Positions 18,819-28,748 of a stretch of DNA of 64,000 nt are shown piece by piece. The notes under the pieces are model-generated. The model made no database searches, had not been told where the DNA came from, and saw only the letters and a list, made by a program, of their open reading frames with translations. The translations under genes and the position numbers were made by a program. Every line of letters begins with the position of its first letter. Position 1 is the first letter of the stretch. Origin of the DNA: Candidatus Amphirhobacter heronislandensis (GTDB lineage: Bacteria > Pseudomonadota > Gammaproteobacteria > Tethybacterales > Tethybacteraceae); assembly GCA_001750625.1 (NCBI GenBank), contig MEIE01000003.1, positions 4,852 to 68,851 on the forward strand. The letters run 5' to 3'.

Positions 18819-20027
18819 ATGGCGACGCAGCATGTAGCCAGAAGGCACAAAGAAGAGGTGCTGCGCAGGCTGAAACAGGTCCCAGCCGTGGCGCTGCTCG
18901 GCCAGCCGCAGACAGGAAAGACGGCGATTGGCCGTGCCATCGCCGCCGAAGCGAACGGGATTTACCTCGACTGCCAGGACTGGGAAACGGGCAAGATGCT
19001 CGCGGGCGGCGGGCTGCGTGAGTTCGCAGTCAGAAACGCCGGCAAGCTGATCGTACTCGATGAGTTCCATCAGCAGATGGGCCTGCTCGAAGACCTCAGT
19101 GGCGCAATCGACGAGCACCGCCGCGAAGGGACTGGCAACGGCTGCTTCCTGCTGCTTGGCTATGGTTCGATCAGGGACGCTAACAGGGCGGATGCAAGCC
19201 TTGAAGGGCGTGTGTCCTGCGTCCAGCTCAATCCGCTGGACGTGCTGGATCTGTCTGGCGCGGGCGAAGAAGAGGTCGAAATGCTGTGGCTGCGTGGCGG
19301 GCTGCCGGCGAGCTTCGCGGCCGCTGACGATGCGAGCAGCTTTGAAATACGCAGTGACCTCAACAGGAACATTCTCAGCGATGAAATCATCGAAGAAGGC
19401 ATGCGAGTGGGCTATACGCAGCTGAGGAAGTTGAGCGTGCTCTTGGCGCATAGCCAGGGACGGCCGCTGAACGTCATGGAGATTTGCCGGATCATGACGC
19501 TGAATCCGCGGACGGTCAGGAAGTTCGTGGACGGGCATCGGAAACGCCTGCTGGCCAGGGCACTGCCGGCGTACTACCGGCATGCGAAGAAGAGGCTGAA
19601 GAACACGCCCAAGTTCTATTATCGCGACAGCGGCCTGCTGCACGAGCTGCTGGGCGTGAAGACCGCCGCCGCGCTGAAGGCCCATGAGATGGCGGCCATG
19701 AGCTGGGAAGGCTTCGTCATCGAGAACATCCTCTGCCAGCTCCCGGAGGAGGCCGCGGCGAGGGCGAGCTACTATGGCGCCGCAGGCGGCGCCGAGGTCG
19801 ATCTGGTCATCGAGCGGCCCGGAATCGGGCTATGGGCCATTGAAATCAAGAAAAGCGTCAAGCGAGCGCCAAGCAGAGGCTTCCATTCGGCCTGCCGGGA
19901 CCTGGAGCCCGCGCGCCGCTTCGTCGTGCATGGCGGGAGCCTGGGCTGCTACAAGGACCGGAACGGGGTCGAGCATATGTCGCTGCCGGACATGTGCCGT
20001 GAGGCCGCGGCTGCGTTCGCGCCCTGA
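18819..20027 (+). CDS. AAA+ ATPase with DUF4143-type C-terminal domain
   Basis: 402-aa ORF with Walker A GQPQTGKT and Walker B LIVLDEF. The C-terminal half carries KFYYRDSGLLHELLG and EVDLVIE...WAIEIK, characteristic of the AAA_14/DUF4143 family. Confidence 0.75.
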   Translation: MATQHVARRHKEEVLRRLKQVPAVALLGQPQTGKTAIGRAIAAEANGIYLDCQDWETGKMLAGGGLREFAVRNAGKLIVLDEFHQQMGLLEDLSGAIDEHRREGTGNGCFLLLGYGSIRDANRADASLEGRVSCVQLNPLDVLDLSGAGEEEVEMLWLRGGLPASFAAADDASSFEIRSDLNRNILSDEIIEEGMRVGYTQLRKLSVLLAHSQGRPLNVMEICRIMTLNPRTVRKFVDGHRKRLLARALPAYYRHAKKRLKNTPKFYYRDSGLLHELLGVKTAAALKAHEMAAMSWEGFVIENILCQLPEEAAARASYYGAAGGAEVDLVIERPGIGLWAIEIKKSVKRAPSRGFHSACRDLEPARRFVVHGGSLGCYKDRNGVEHMSLPDMCREAAAAFAP

Positions 20028-20193
20028 TGAGGATGATTTCATACGTGTGCTAATGCTGTTCGAGATTATGATTCTTGTTGAGGTAATACATCTCGCAAGG
20101 TCAAATTTATCCTGTTAGATGATAAGATTAACGCCGAAAAGGAGAAGCGGCTACAGTGAGGAAAGCGTTCAGTAGCGAGGGGAACTCGTACTG

Positions 20194-23100
20194 ATGTCTG
20201 TGCTGCGTCAAGTACTAGCGCAGCTGCGCGAAGAATCTAAGACCCAGCGGGAAAAAGGCGATTATTTCGAGCGCTTGGCGCTTCACTATTTGAAGCATGA
20301 TCCCGTCATGCGTCAGCAGTACGAAAACCCACAGTTGTTCAGCGACTGGGCCAAGGAGCAGGGGAAGGACGGGCGCGACACGGGAATCGACATTGTCGCG
20401 AAAATCAGCGATGAAGAAGGCTACTGCGCGGTGCAGTGCAAGTTTAGGAAGGAAAGAGGCAAAGTATCTCGCAATGAGCTGGCTGGTTTCCTTGCGGCTT
20501 CGGGGACCGCCGATTTCAGTCGTCGCCTTGTCATAGACACGACCGAGGGCGAATGGGGAACGCACGCCGAGTCCGTGATTGATGGCCAAGAGAAGCTAGT
20601 CAACAGGATTACCATCTACAACCTCGAAGAAAGCGACATCGACTGGGAAGCTTGGCTGCATAGCGGTAAGGTCAAGATGAGGGAAGGGCGCAAGAAGCCA
20701 CGCAAAGATCAAAAAGAGGCAATTAGGGCGGTGTGCAATGGGCTTGAAGAAGCGGATCGAGGCAAGCTCATTCTTCCTTGCGGTACCGGCAAGACTTTTA
20801 CGAGCCTGAAAATAGCGGAGGAGATGGTGGGAGGAGGCAAGGCCGTTCTGTTTCTTGTCCCATCGCTTGCTTTGATGAGCCAGACAATTCGCGCATGGGC
20901 TCAGGATGCTACGGTGAAACAGCGCTGCTTTGCGGTGTGTTCGGACACCAAAGTCGACAATCGGCGCAAAAACGATGACAGCTCTGAGATTAAGATGCAC
21001 GATCTCGCATATCCGGCGACCACTGATGCGGTCACACTGGCAGCCAAAGCCAAAGGATTGCCGAAAGACCGCATGACGGTGGTGTTCGCGACTTACCAGT
21101 CGCTCCAAGTCATCAGTGATGCGCAGAAAAAGCATGGTCTGTGGGAATTTGATCTCATTGTCTGCGATGAAGCTCATCGCACCACTGGCGCTAAATTGCC
21201 TGGAGAGAGCGAGAGTAATTTTGTCAAGGTTCACTACCAGGAGCATATAGAAGGAAAGAAACGTCTCTATATGACGGCGACGCCCCGAGTGTTTGGTGAT
21301 GAGGCTAAGAGCAAGGCTAGCGACGCTGCCATAGAGCTATGCTCCATGGATGATAAAGCGCGCTTTGGCGGCACTCTTTTTTCGCGTAAGTTTGGCTGGG
21401 CTGTCGAAGAGGGCTTATTGACCGATTACAAGGTCATTGTGCTTGGCGTGGATGAGGGAATGATCAGCAGCAGCCTGCAGAACGCTCTTGCTGAAAGTTC
21501 CGAGCTCAACCTTGATGACGCGAACAAGATAATCGGTTGCTACAGGGCACTCGCCAAGCAGGACCAGAAAGAGTTCGGCAAGGACTCAAACAACCCGATG
21601 CGGCGAGCCTTAGCTTTTTGTCGTGACATCAAAAGGTCGAAACTCGTAGAGGCGGAGTTCACGCGGGTGGTGGAAGAATATCTTGAGTCAGCGGAAGGAA
21701 GCGATATCAAGGAGCGGGCAGAAGAATTCCAGTGCGAGATCGAGCATGTCGACGGCACGTTCAATGCTAAGAAGAGATCGCAGCTGATTGATTGGCTGAA
21801 GGAAGGAGATGAGGGCACGGGATGTCGTATACTGACAAACGCCAAATGTTTGGCGGAAGGAGTTGATGTGCCTGCGCTGGACGCGATCTTGTTCATGCAC
21901 CCGCGTAAATCGCAAGTCGATGTGGTGCAGTCGGTGGGCAGGGTAATGCGTCGAGCGGAGGGCAAAAAGATGGGCTACATCATCCTTCCGGTGGGGGTGC
22001 CTGCCGGAATAGAGCCTAATAAGGCTCTGGACGATAACAAGCGTTATCGACTGGTGTGGGACACTCTAAATGCCCTTCGTTCACACGACGAAAGGTTGGA
22101 ATCAGACATAAACAAGGCCGGGCTTGGAGTTGACGTTTCAAACCGGATTGAAATCATCGCTGTCAGCAATCAGTTGCCAAATGCCCGGGATAAGCAAGAA
22201 GGGGCGACAATAGGACATGGTTCTGAGCATGATGAGGATTCAGCAGAAAATAAAATTCCAACTTCTGCGGAGACGCAGGGCTTCTTGGCTTTCGATGAGT
22301 GGTCCAATGCCGTTATTGCTCGGCTAGTGCGCAAATGTGGCCGTCGCGATTACTGGAAAGACTGGGCTAAAAACATTGCAGAAATTGCTCAAAAGCATAT
22401 AAGCCGCATAAAGGGGTTGACTTCCAAGCCTGGAAAAGAGAGAGAGGCGTTAACGGCCTTCCTAACTGAAATTCAGGAGGATTTGAACGACAGCGTCACT
22501 GAAGAAGAAACCATCGAGATGCTGGCGCAGCATCTAATCACCCATCCTGTTTTCGAAGCGCTTTTTGATGATTCCAGTTTTGTCCTGCGGAATCCTGTGT
22601 CCCGGGCAATGCAGCAAGTCCTCGAGGCGCTTAGCGAGCACAATATTGAAAAAGAAGCGGGCGATCTTCAAGAATTTTACGCTAGCGTGAGGAGGCGTGT
22701 GGCCGGCATTGATGATCCCAAGGCAAAACAGAAACTTGTCGTGGAGCTTTATGATGAGTTTTTCCGTCATGCCTTTCCGAAAATGACAGATAGATTGGGA
22801 ATTGTGTACACGCCGGTCGAGATAGTGGACTTCATTCTTCGCTCGGTTGACAATATACTGCAGAAAGAGTTTGCTCAGACAATGGGTAGCAAAGGGGTGC
22901 ATGTCATTGATCCTTTTGCAGGCACGGGCACTTTCATTACTCGCTTGTTGCAACTTGGGCTGATAAAGCCGGAAGAGCTGGAACACAAATACACCAACGA
23001 GCTTCATGCTAATGAAATAATTCTTCTAGCGTATTATATAGCCGCCATCAATATCGAAGCCACGTATCGCGATGTAGCAAGTAGGGGGCATCTTCCGTTT

Positions 23101-24984
23101 GAAGGAATTTGCTTGACGGACACTTTCCAACTGTACGAAAAAGACGTCGATCTTGTCAGTGACATGATGGTGGACAACAGCAATCGTAGGATTCGGCAGA
23201 AGAAACTGGATGATATTCGTGTGATAGTAGGGAATCCGCCTTATTCGGTCGGGCAGGAAAGTGTTAACCATGATGCCGCCAATCTTTCCTATCCAAAGCT
23301 TGATGCGCGTATTAGGGAGACTTATGCGAAGCGTGTTTCGGGTAATCGAAACAGCCTGTACGATAGTTATATAAGAGCGATAAGGTGGGCTAGCGATCGC
23401 ATAGGCAAAGACGGGGTGATTGGATATGTCACCAATGCCGGATGGTTGGAAAATAAGGCAGGGGGGGGGTACGACAGAGTCTGGCGGAAGAATTTTCGTC
23501 AATCTATGTGTTCCACTTGCGTGGGAATCAAAGAACATCGGGGGATAAATCGCGCAAGGAAGGAGGGAAGATATTTGGGGCTGGGAGTCGCGCTCCCATA
23601 GCGATAACTTTTCTGGTGAAGAACCATAAGTCGCTTGATAGAGGCAAAATTTATTTTTGTGACATCGGGGACTATTTAACTCGCACAGCCAAGCTGGCTA
23701 AAATTTCATCCGCCGAAAGCATAGCCGGCATTAAAGAGTGGGAGACCATCGCCCCTGACAGTCACGGTGACTGGCTCAACAAACGGGTCGAAGTTCCTAA
23801 CATGCATATCCATATAGGAGGCCGCGTGAATAAAAAACTGTTCGGTATTAACAGCATAGGTGTCGAGACAGGGCGTGATGCTTGGGCCTATAACGACTCC
23901 AGAACGGCCTTGGTTCACAACATGGCTAGAACAATAGACTTTTACAACGAGACCATAGATAATCCAGAAAGGCCAGACATTAATGATCCGCGCAAGATTA
24001 GCTGGTCCTCGTCTCTTGTGAGGCTAAGAAAAGCGGGAAAGAGGCATGACCTTAATCCGGATGCTATAGGCGAGGCCCTGTACCGCCCGTTCAACTTGCG
24101 GTATATTTATTACGATAAGGCTTTCAATCACGGGCAGGGCCGCATGCCTCAGTGTTTTCCTATTCCTTCATCTAGGAATTTGGTTATTTGTATGACTGGG
24201 CCTCTCGCCAATGCGGGCTTTTCAGTTTTATTAAGCAAATATCTTCCAGACAAGCACTGTCTTTCCACCGCCCAATGCTTCCCTCTCTACGTCAGCAGTG
24301 GTAGTGGAACCAGCAAAGAGAACTCTCTAGTAGATGAAAGGCAAAGTAATCATGCACTATCTGATGAAGGCCTGCTGTTTTTTCAGAAAGCCTACAAGAA
24401 GACATCCATTTCAAAACAAGATTTATTTTACTATGTTTATGGATTCCTGCACTCAGAAGAATATCGGGCCCGGTTTGCTAGTAATATTAAGAAAGAGCTG
24501 CCTAAAATTTTTCCCGTTACAAGATATGAGGACTTTCTCGTATTTGTGAAAGCGGGACGCACGCTTGGCAAGCTGCACTCCGACTTTGAAGAGGCTGACA
24601 TGCACCCAGTCCAGTTCAACAAAGGCGAGACTTCCCTGATTCCTCCCACGGATCCGGCTGGTTTCTATCGGGTCGAGAAAATGAGGTTTGCCGGCAAGCG
24701 ACCTAACTGGGACAAGACGACAGTCATATACAACTCCAACATCACGATTTCCGGCATCCCCCTGGATCAACGGCAAGCCGGCGCTGGAGTGGGTGATGGA
24801 GCGCCAGAGAATTACTATAGATAAGAAAGGGGGCAGCGGCATCGTCAACGACCCCAACGCCTTCGCTATCGAGGCCCGGAACAATCCGGCCTACCCGCTG
24901 GAGCTATTCCAGCGCGTGATCACCGTCAGCCTCGAGACGATGAAGATCGTCAAGAGCCTGCCGCCGCTGGATCTGACAGACTAG
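20194..24984 (+). pseudogene. Type ISP restriction-modification enzyme (Mrr-like nuclease, SF2 translocase, N6-adenine methyltransferase, TRD), interrupted by two frameshifts
   Basis: ORFs 20194-23601, 23508-24824 and 24688-24984 are collinear pieces of one protein. Motifs in order: DTGIDIVA..AVQCK, LPCGTGKT, VCDEAH, QSVGRVMRR, VIDPFAGTGTF, GNPPYS, FHLRGNQRTSG..KEGGKIFGAGSRAPIAI and NGKPALEWV..SGIVNDPN. The span is 4791 nt, or 1597 codons. Confidence 0.85.
23461..23469 (+). repeat. G9 homopolymer at the first Type ISP frameshift
   Basis: Nine consecutive G in an otherwise AT-rich gene. The reading frame changes exactly here. Confidence 0.9.
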
Positions 24985-25361
24985 CTGAACGCCCGCTTGG
25001 GCTTGGCGACCACCTGCTGGCGCTCGTCGTTCCACTCGGCGTCCTCGAGGGCCACGACCTGCAGGTTGTTGTCGTTGGCGAAGTTGAGGACGAAGCGGTG
25101 GATCTGCGGCGCCAGGGACTCAATTTGGTGGGACAGCACGATGCCGCGGAAGCCGTCCCGCTCGGTCATGCACATGCACTCGATGATGTCGTCGTGGCGC
25201 TCGGCGTCCTCTTCCTTGGCGTAGATGCTGATCGAGCCCATGAGGCGGTCCACCCAGTCGCTGGGACGGAACTTGCGGTCGTCCTTGGTGACGCCCTTGA
25301 TTAGAATGTAGTCCGGGGGCTTGCCGCTAGGCTTGAGCCCGCCCGTGTCCTGGTCGGCCAT
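24981..25361 (-). CDS. DUF3579-like conserved protein
   Basis: 126-aa ORF with host-like GC, divergent from argF as in many betaproteobacteria. The family name is from memory of this neighbourhood and was not searched. Confidence 0.5.
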   Translation of the reverse strand: MADQDTGGLKPSGKPPDYILIKGVTKDDRKFRPSDWVDRLMGSISIYAKEEDAERHDDIIECMCMTERDGFRGIVLSHQIESLAPQIHRFVLNFANDNNLQVVALEDAEWNDERQQVVAKPKRAFS

Positions 25362-25424
25362 TTCAAGTAGATAATTTATACTAAATGCCGCCGAATTTCA
25401 AGTTATTCGCCCGAATCAGCGCAT

Positions 25425-26333
25425 ATGGCCGCCCAAAATTATCTTTCTTTCCGGGACCTGGCGCCGGCACGGACCGTCGAGCTGGTCGCCGACGCCCTGG
25501 CAGCCAAGCGCAAGGGCCGGGACGGCGGCCTGCCGCTGCGGGGCCGGTCGCTGGCGCTTTTGTTCCTCAAGCCGTCCACCCGGACGCGGGTCTCCTTCGA
25601 AGCCGGCATGGCGCAGCTCGGCGGCGCCAGCGTGGTCCTGACGCCGGACGCGACCCAGCTGGCGCGGGGCGAATCGGTGGCGGACACCGCCCGGGCGATC
25701 GGCTCGATGTGCGACGCGGTCGCGATCCGGGCCTCCGAGCACGGGATCCTGGAGGACTTCGCCGCGCACTCGCCGGCGCCGGTCATCAACGCCCTCACCG
25801 TGCTCGAGCATCCCTGCCAGGTGCTCGCGGACGTCATGACCTTCATCGAGCTGCGCGGCGACATCGCCGGCAGGAAAGTCGCCTGGATCGGCGACTGCAA
25901 CAACGTCTGCCGCTCGTGGATGCTGGCGGCGGGGGCCTTCGGCTTCACGCTGGCGATTTCCTGCCCGCCGGCCTACCGGGACGAGGACGTCGGCGACTAC
26001 GCCACCCTGCCGGGCGTCGCCTGGGAGGACGAGCCGGCGGCGGCGGCGGCCGACGCCGCCTGCATCGTGACCGACGTGTGGCACAGCATGGGCGACGATG
26101 AGCAAAGCAAAGAGCGCCGCCTGCGCGACTTCGCGCCGTACGCCGTCACCGCCGAACTGATGGCCAAGGCGCGGCCGGACGCGGTCTTCATGCACTGCCT
26201 GCCCGCCCACCGCGGCGAGGAGGTCGCCGCCGAGGTGATCGACGGCGAGCAGAGCGTGGTGTGGACCGAGGCCGAGAACCGCATGCACGCGCAAAAGGCG
26301 CTGCTGCTCGAGCTGATGGGAGCAAGCCGATGA
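25425..26333 (+). CDS. argF: Ornithine carbamoyltransferase
   Basis: 302-aa ORF with the carbamoyl-phosphate motif [13 protein letters not shown] and [10 protein letters not shown]. Confidence 0.9.
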   Translation: MAAQNYLSFRDLAPARTVELVADALAAKRKGRDGGLPLRGRSLALLFLKPSTRTRVSFEAGMAQLGGASVVLTPDATQLARGESVADTARAIGSMCDAVAIRASEHGILEDFAAHSPAPVINALTVLEHPCQVLADVMTFIELRGDIAGRKVAWIGDCNNVCRSWMLAAGAFGFTLAISCPPAYRDEDVGDYATLPGVAWEDEPAAAAADAACIVTDVWHSMGDDEQSKERRLRDFAPYAVTAELMAKARPDAVFMHCLPAHRGEEVAAEVIDGEQSVVWTEAENRMHAQKALLLELMGASR

Positions 26334-27550
26334 CCGCCAAGCCAAGCAAGATCGTCCTGGCCTACTCCGGGGGCCTGGACACCTCGGTGATCCTGCGCTG
26401 GCTGCAGGACCGCTACGACTGCGCCGTGGTCGCCTACATCGCCGACCTGGGGCAGGGCGAGGACCTGGAGCTGATCGCCGCCCGCGCCAAGGAGTACGGC
26501 GCCGCCGAGGTCGTGGTCGAGGACCTGCAGGACGAGTTCGTCAACGACTTCGTCCTGCCGATGTTCCGGGCGAACGCCGTCTACGAGGGCGAGTACCTGC
26601 TCGGCACCAGCATCGCCCGGCCGCTGATCGCCAAGCAGCAGGTCGCGGCCGCGCGGCAGCACGGCGCCGACGCCCTCGCGCACGGGGCGACCGGCAAGGG
26701 CAACGACCAGATCCGCTTCGAGCTGGGCTACCTGGCGCTGGCGCCGAACCTGGCGGTGATCGCGCCGTGGCGCATCTGGGACCTGCAGTCGCGCCAGAGC
26801 CTGCTGGCCTACGCCAAGGAGAGGGGCATCGCGATCCCGGACGCGACCGACAAGCCGCCGTACAGCATGGACGCCAACCTGCTGCACATCTCCTACGAGG
26901 GAGGCGAGCTCGAGGACCCGGCCAACGAGCCCAAGCCTGAAATGTGGCAGCGGACCGCCGCGCCGCAGGAGGCGCCGGATAAGCCCGAGAAGGTCAAGAT
27001 CGAGTTTGAAAAAGGCGATCCGGTCGCGGTCAACGGGGAAAAGCTCGCCGGCGCCGCGATGCTCGCGCGCCTCAACGAGCTCGCCGGCCGCCACGGCGTC
27101 GGCCGCGCCGACATCGTCGAGAGCCGCTTCACCGGCATGAAGTCCCGCGGCTGCTACGAGACTCCCGGCGGCACCCTTTTGCTCAAGGCGCGCCGCGCGC
27201 TCGAGGCCCTGACGCTCGACCGCGAGGTCATGCGCCTCAAGGACGACCTGATGCCGCGCTACGCGACCATGGTCTACAACGGCCTGTGGTTCAGCCCCGA
27301 GCGGCTTTTGCTGCAAAAGCTCATCGACGAGGCCGCCCGCCACGTCGCGGGCTCGGTGACCTGCGAGCTGTACCGCGGCGGGGTGACGGTCGCGGCGCGC
27401 GCCTCGGCGAACAGCCTGCACGACGAGTCCATCGCCTCCTTCGAGGAGGACGGCGGCTACGACCAGCGCGACGCCGAGGGCTTCATCAAGCTCAACGCCC
27501 TGCGCCTGCAGACCTGGGCGCGCCGCGATGAGCGCGACGGCGACGGCTAG
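26330..27550 (+). CDS. argG: Argininosuccinate synthase
   Basis: The ATG at 26330 overlaps the argF stop (ATGA). Motifs include the ATP motif [24 protein letters not shown] and [19 protein letters not shown]. Confidence 0.95.
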   Translation: MTAKPSKIVLAYSGGLDTSVILRWLQDRYDCAVVAYIADLGQGEDLELIAARAKEYGAAEVVVEDLQDEFVNDFVLPMFRANAVYEGEYLLGTSIARPLIAKQQVAAARQHGADALAHGATGKGNDQIRFELGYLALAPNLAVIAPWRIWDLQSRQSLLAYAKERGIAIPDATDKPPYSMDANLLHISYEGGELEDPANEPKPEMWQRTAAPQEAPDKPEKVKIEFEKGDPVAVNGEKLAGAAMLARLNELAGRHGVGRADIVESRFTGMKSRGCYETPGGTLLLKARRALEALTLDREVMRLKDDLMPRYATMVYNGLWFSPERLLLQKLIDEAARHVAGSVTCELYRGGVTVAARASANSLHDESIASFEEDGGYDQRDAEGFIKLNALRLQTWARRDERDGDG

Positions 27551-28694
27551 CGCCGCGCGGGCCCTGGCCCTGCTCAAGGAGCTGGTCAGCTGCCCGTCGC
27601 TCACGCCCGAATCGGCCGGGACGATTGAAATCGCCCGCCGCGAGCTCGAGGCGGCCGGCTTCAAGACCGAGGAGATCAACCGCGGCGCGGTACGCAACCT
27701 GTACGCCGTCCACGGCGAGGGCGAAGGCCTGCTGCTGCTGTGCGGGCATCTGGACGTGGTGCCGCCGGGCGACGCGGCCGCCTGGGACACCGACCCCTTC
27801 GAGCCGGTGGAAAAGGACGGCAAGCTCTACGGCCGCGGGACCACCGACATGAAGGGCGGCGTCGCCGCGATGCTGGTCGCCGCGACCGAGCACGCCGCCG
27901 CCGCGGCCAAGCCGGCCGGCCGGCTGGCGCTGCTGCTGACCACCGACGAGGAGGGCGAGGCCGTCGACGGCGTCCGCCACGCCGTCGAGGTCCTCAAGGA
28001 GCGGGGCGAGAAGTACCGCCACGCCCTGGTCGGCGAGCCCAGCTCCGCCGAGCGCTTCGGCGACCTGCTGCGGGTGGGGCGGCGCGGCTCGCTGACCTGC
28101 AGGATCAAGGTCGAGGGCAAGCAGGGGCACGCCGCCTACCCGCAGCTGTGCGCCAACCCGGTCCCGGCGCTCGCGGCGCTCGCGGCCGAGATCAGCGGCT
28201 GGGAGTTCGCGGCGCCCGAAGACGGCACCGAGGCGACCTCGGTCCAAGTGGTGCGGCTGCACGCCGACGCCGGGGCCGCCAACGTCATCCCCGGGACCGC
28301 CGAGGCGACCGTCAACTTCCGCCACCATCCGCTCGACGACCCCGCCGCGCTGCGCGCGCGGCTCGACGCGGCGCTCGCGGCGGCGCCGCTGCCGGCGTCC
28401 TGCGACTGCGCGCCGGGCGCCGCGCCCTACCACACCGGGGCGGCGAGCGAGATCGGCAGGGCGGCCGCGGCCGCCATCGAAGCCGCCTGCGGGCAGCCGC
28501 CGCGGCCCTCGGTCGGCGGCGGGACCTCCGACGGCCGCTTTTTGGGGGCGGTCTGCGCCGAGGTGGTGGAGTTCGGCTCGGTCGGCCGCAGCATGCACAT
28601 GGCCAACGAGCACATCGAGATCGCCCAGCTGGGCCAGCTCGCGGCGGTCTACCGGGACGTCATCGACCGCATCCGGCCGCCGGCGGCGGGTTAA
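27528..28694 (+). CDS. dapE: Succinyl-diaminopimelate desuccinylase (M20 peptidase)
   Basis: 388-aa ORF with [44 protein letters not shown] and GGGTSDGRF. These match the DapE pattern rather than ArgE. Confidence 0.85.
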   Translation: MSATATASAARALALLKELVSCPSLTPESAGTIEIARRELEAAGFKTEEINRGAVRNLYAVHGEGEGLLLLCGHLDVVPPGDAAAWDTDPFEPVEKDGKLYGRGTTDMKGGVAAMLVAATEHAAAAAKPAGRLALLLTTDEEGEAVDGVRHAVEVLKERGEKYRHALVGEPSSAERFGDLLRVGRRGSLTCRIKVEGKQGHAAYPQLCANPVPALAALAAEISGWEFAAPEDGTEATSVQVVRLHADAGAANVIPGTAEATVNFRHHPLDDPAALRARLDAALAAAPLPASCDCAPGAAPYHTGAASEIGRAAAAAIEAACGQPPRPSVGGGTSDGRFLGAVCAEVVEFGSVGRSMHMANEHIEIAQLGQLAAVYRDVIDRIRPPAAG

Positions 28695-28748
28695 AATGCC
28701 CGCTTCACGCCGGGCGCGGCGCCGCCGCCCCGACTGAGAGGCTTACCC

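Larger units (their letters stand above)
18359..24770. other. Compositionally mosaic lower-GC accessory island (no integrase, transposase or tRNA at its borders)
   Basis: GC drops immediately after the exonuclease gene. Very AT-rich spacers lie at 18652-18818 and 20028-20193. Host-like codon usage returns inside the 3' end of the Type ISP gene, at about 24540-24770. Confidence 0.6.

Noticed and set aside
20156-20194. 12-codon upstream mini-ORF (GTG...TGA overlapping the Type ISP ATG as TGATG) preceded by AAAGGAG
   Set aside because: It is too short to support from sequence alone. The main ORF has its own GAGGGG ribosome-binding site, so nothing requires the mini-ORF.
20596-23538. Antisense ORFs inside the Type ISP gene (216, 141, 157 and 170 aa)
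   Set aside because: They lie opposite a strongly supported coding frame and have no recognisable motifs and an odd composition. No start signals were seen. They are most likely a complementary-frame artefact.
24981-24984. Convergent genes sharing overlapping stop codons in a CTAG palindrome, also seen at 56467-56470 (metW/aroA)
   Set aside because: This is a trivial consequence of TAG stops on both strands. No function is implied.
18359-25361. Integrase, transposase, IS ends, att-like direct repeats or a CRISPR array associated with the island
   Set aside because: I looked for recombinase-like translations, terminal inverted repeats and regularly spaced repeats on both strands and found none, so I make no mobile-element or CRISPR call.
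25391-25410. Possible ArgR ARG box upstream of argF (GAAT...ATTC)
   Set aside because: The half-sites are separated by 8 nt, not the 4 A/T of the established ARG-box consensus TnTGAATwwwwATTCAnw.
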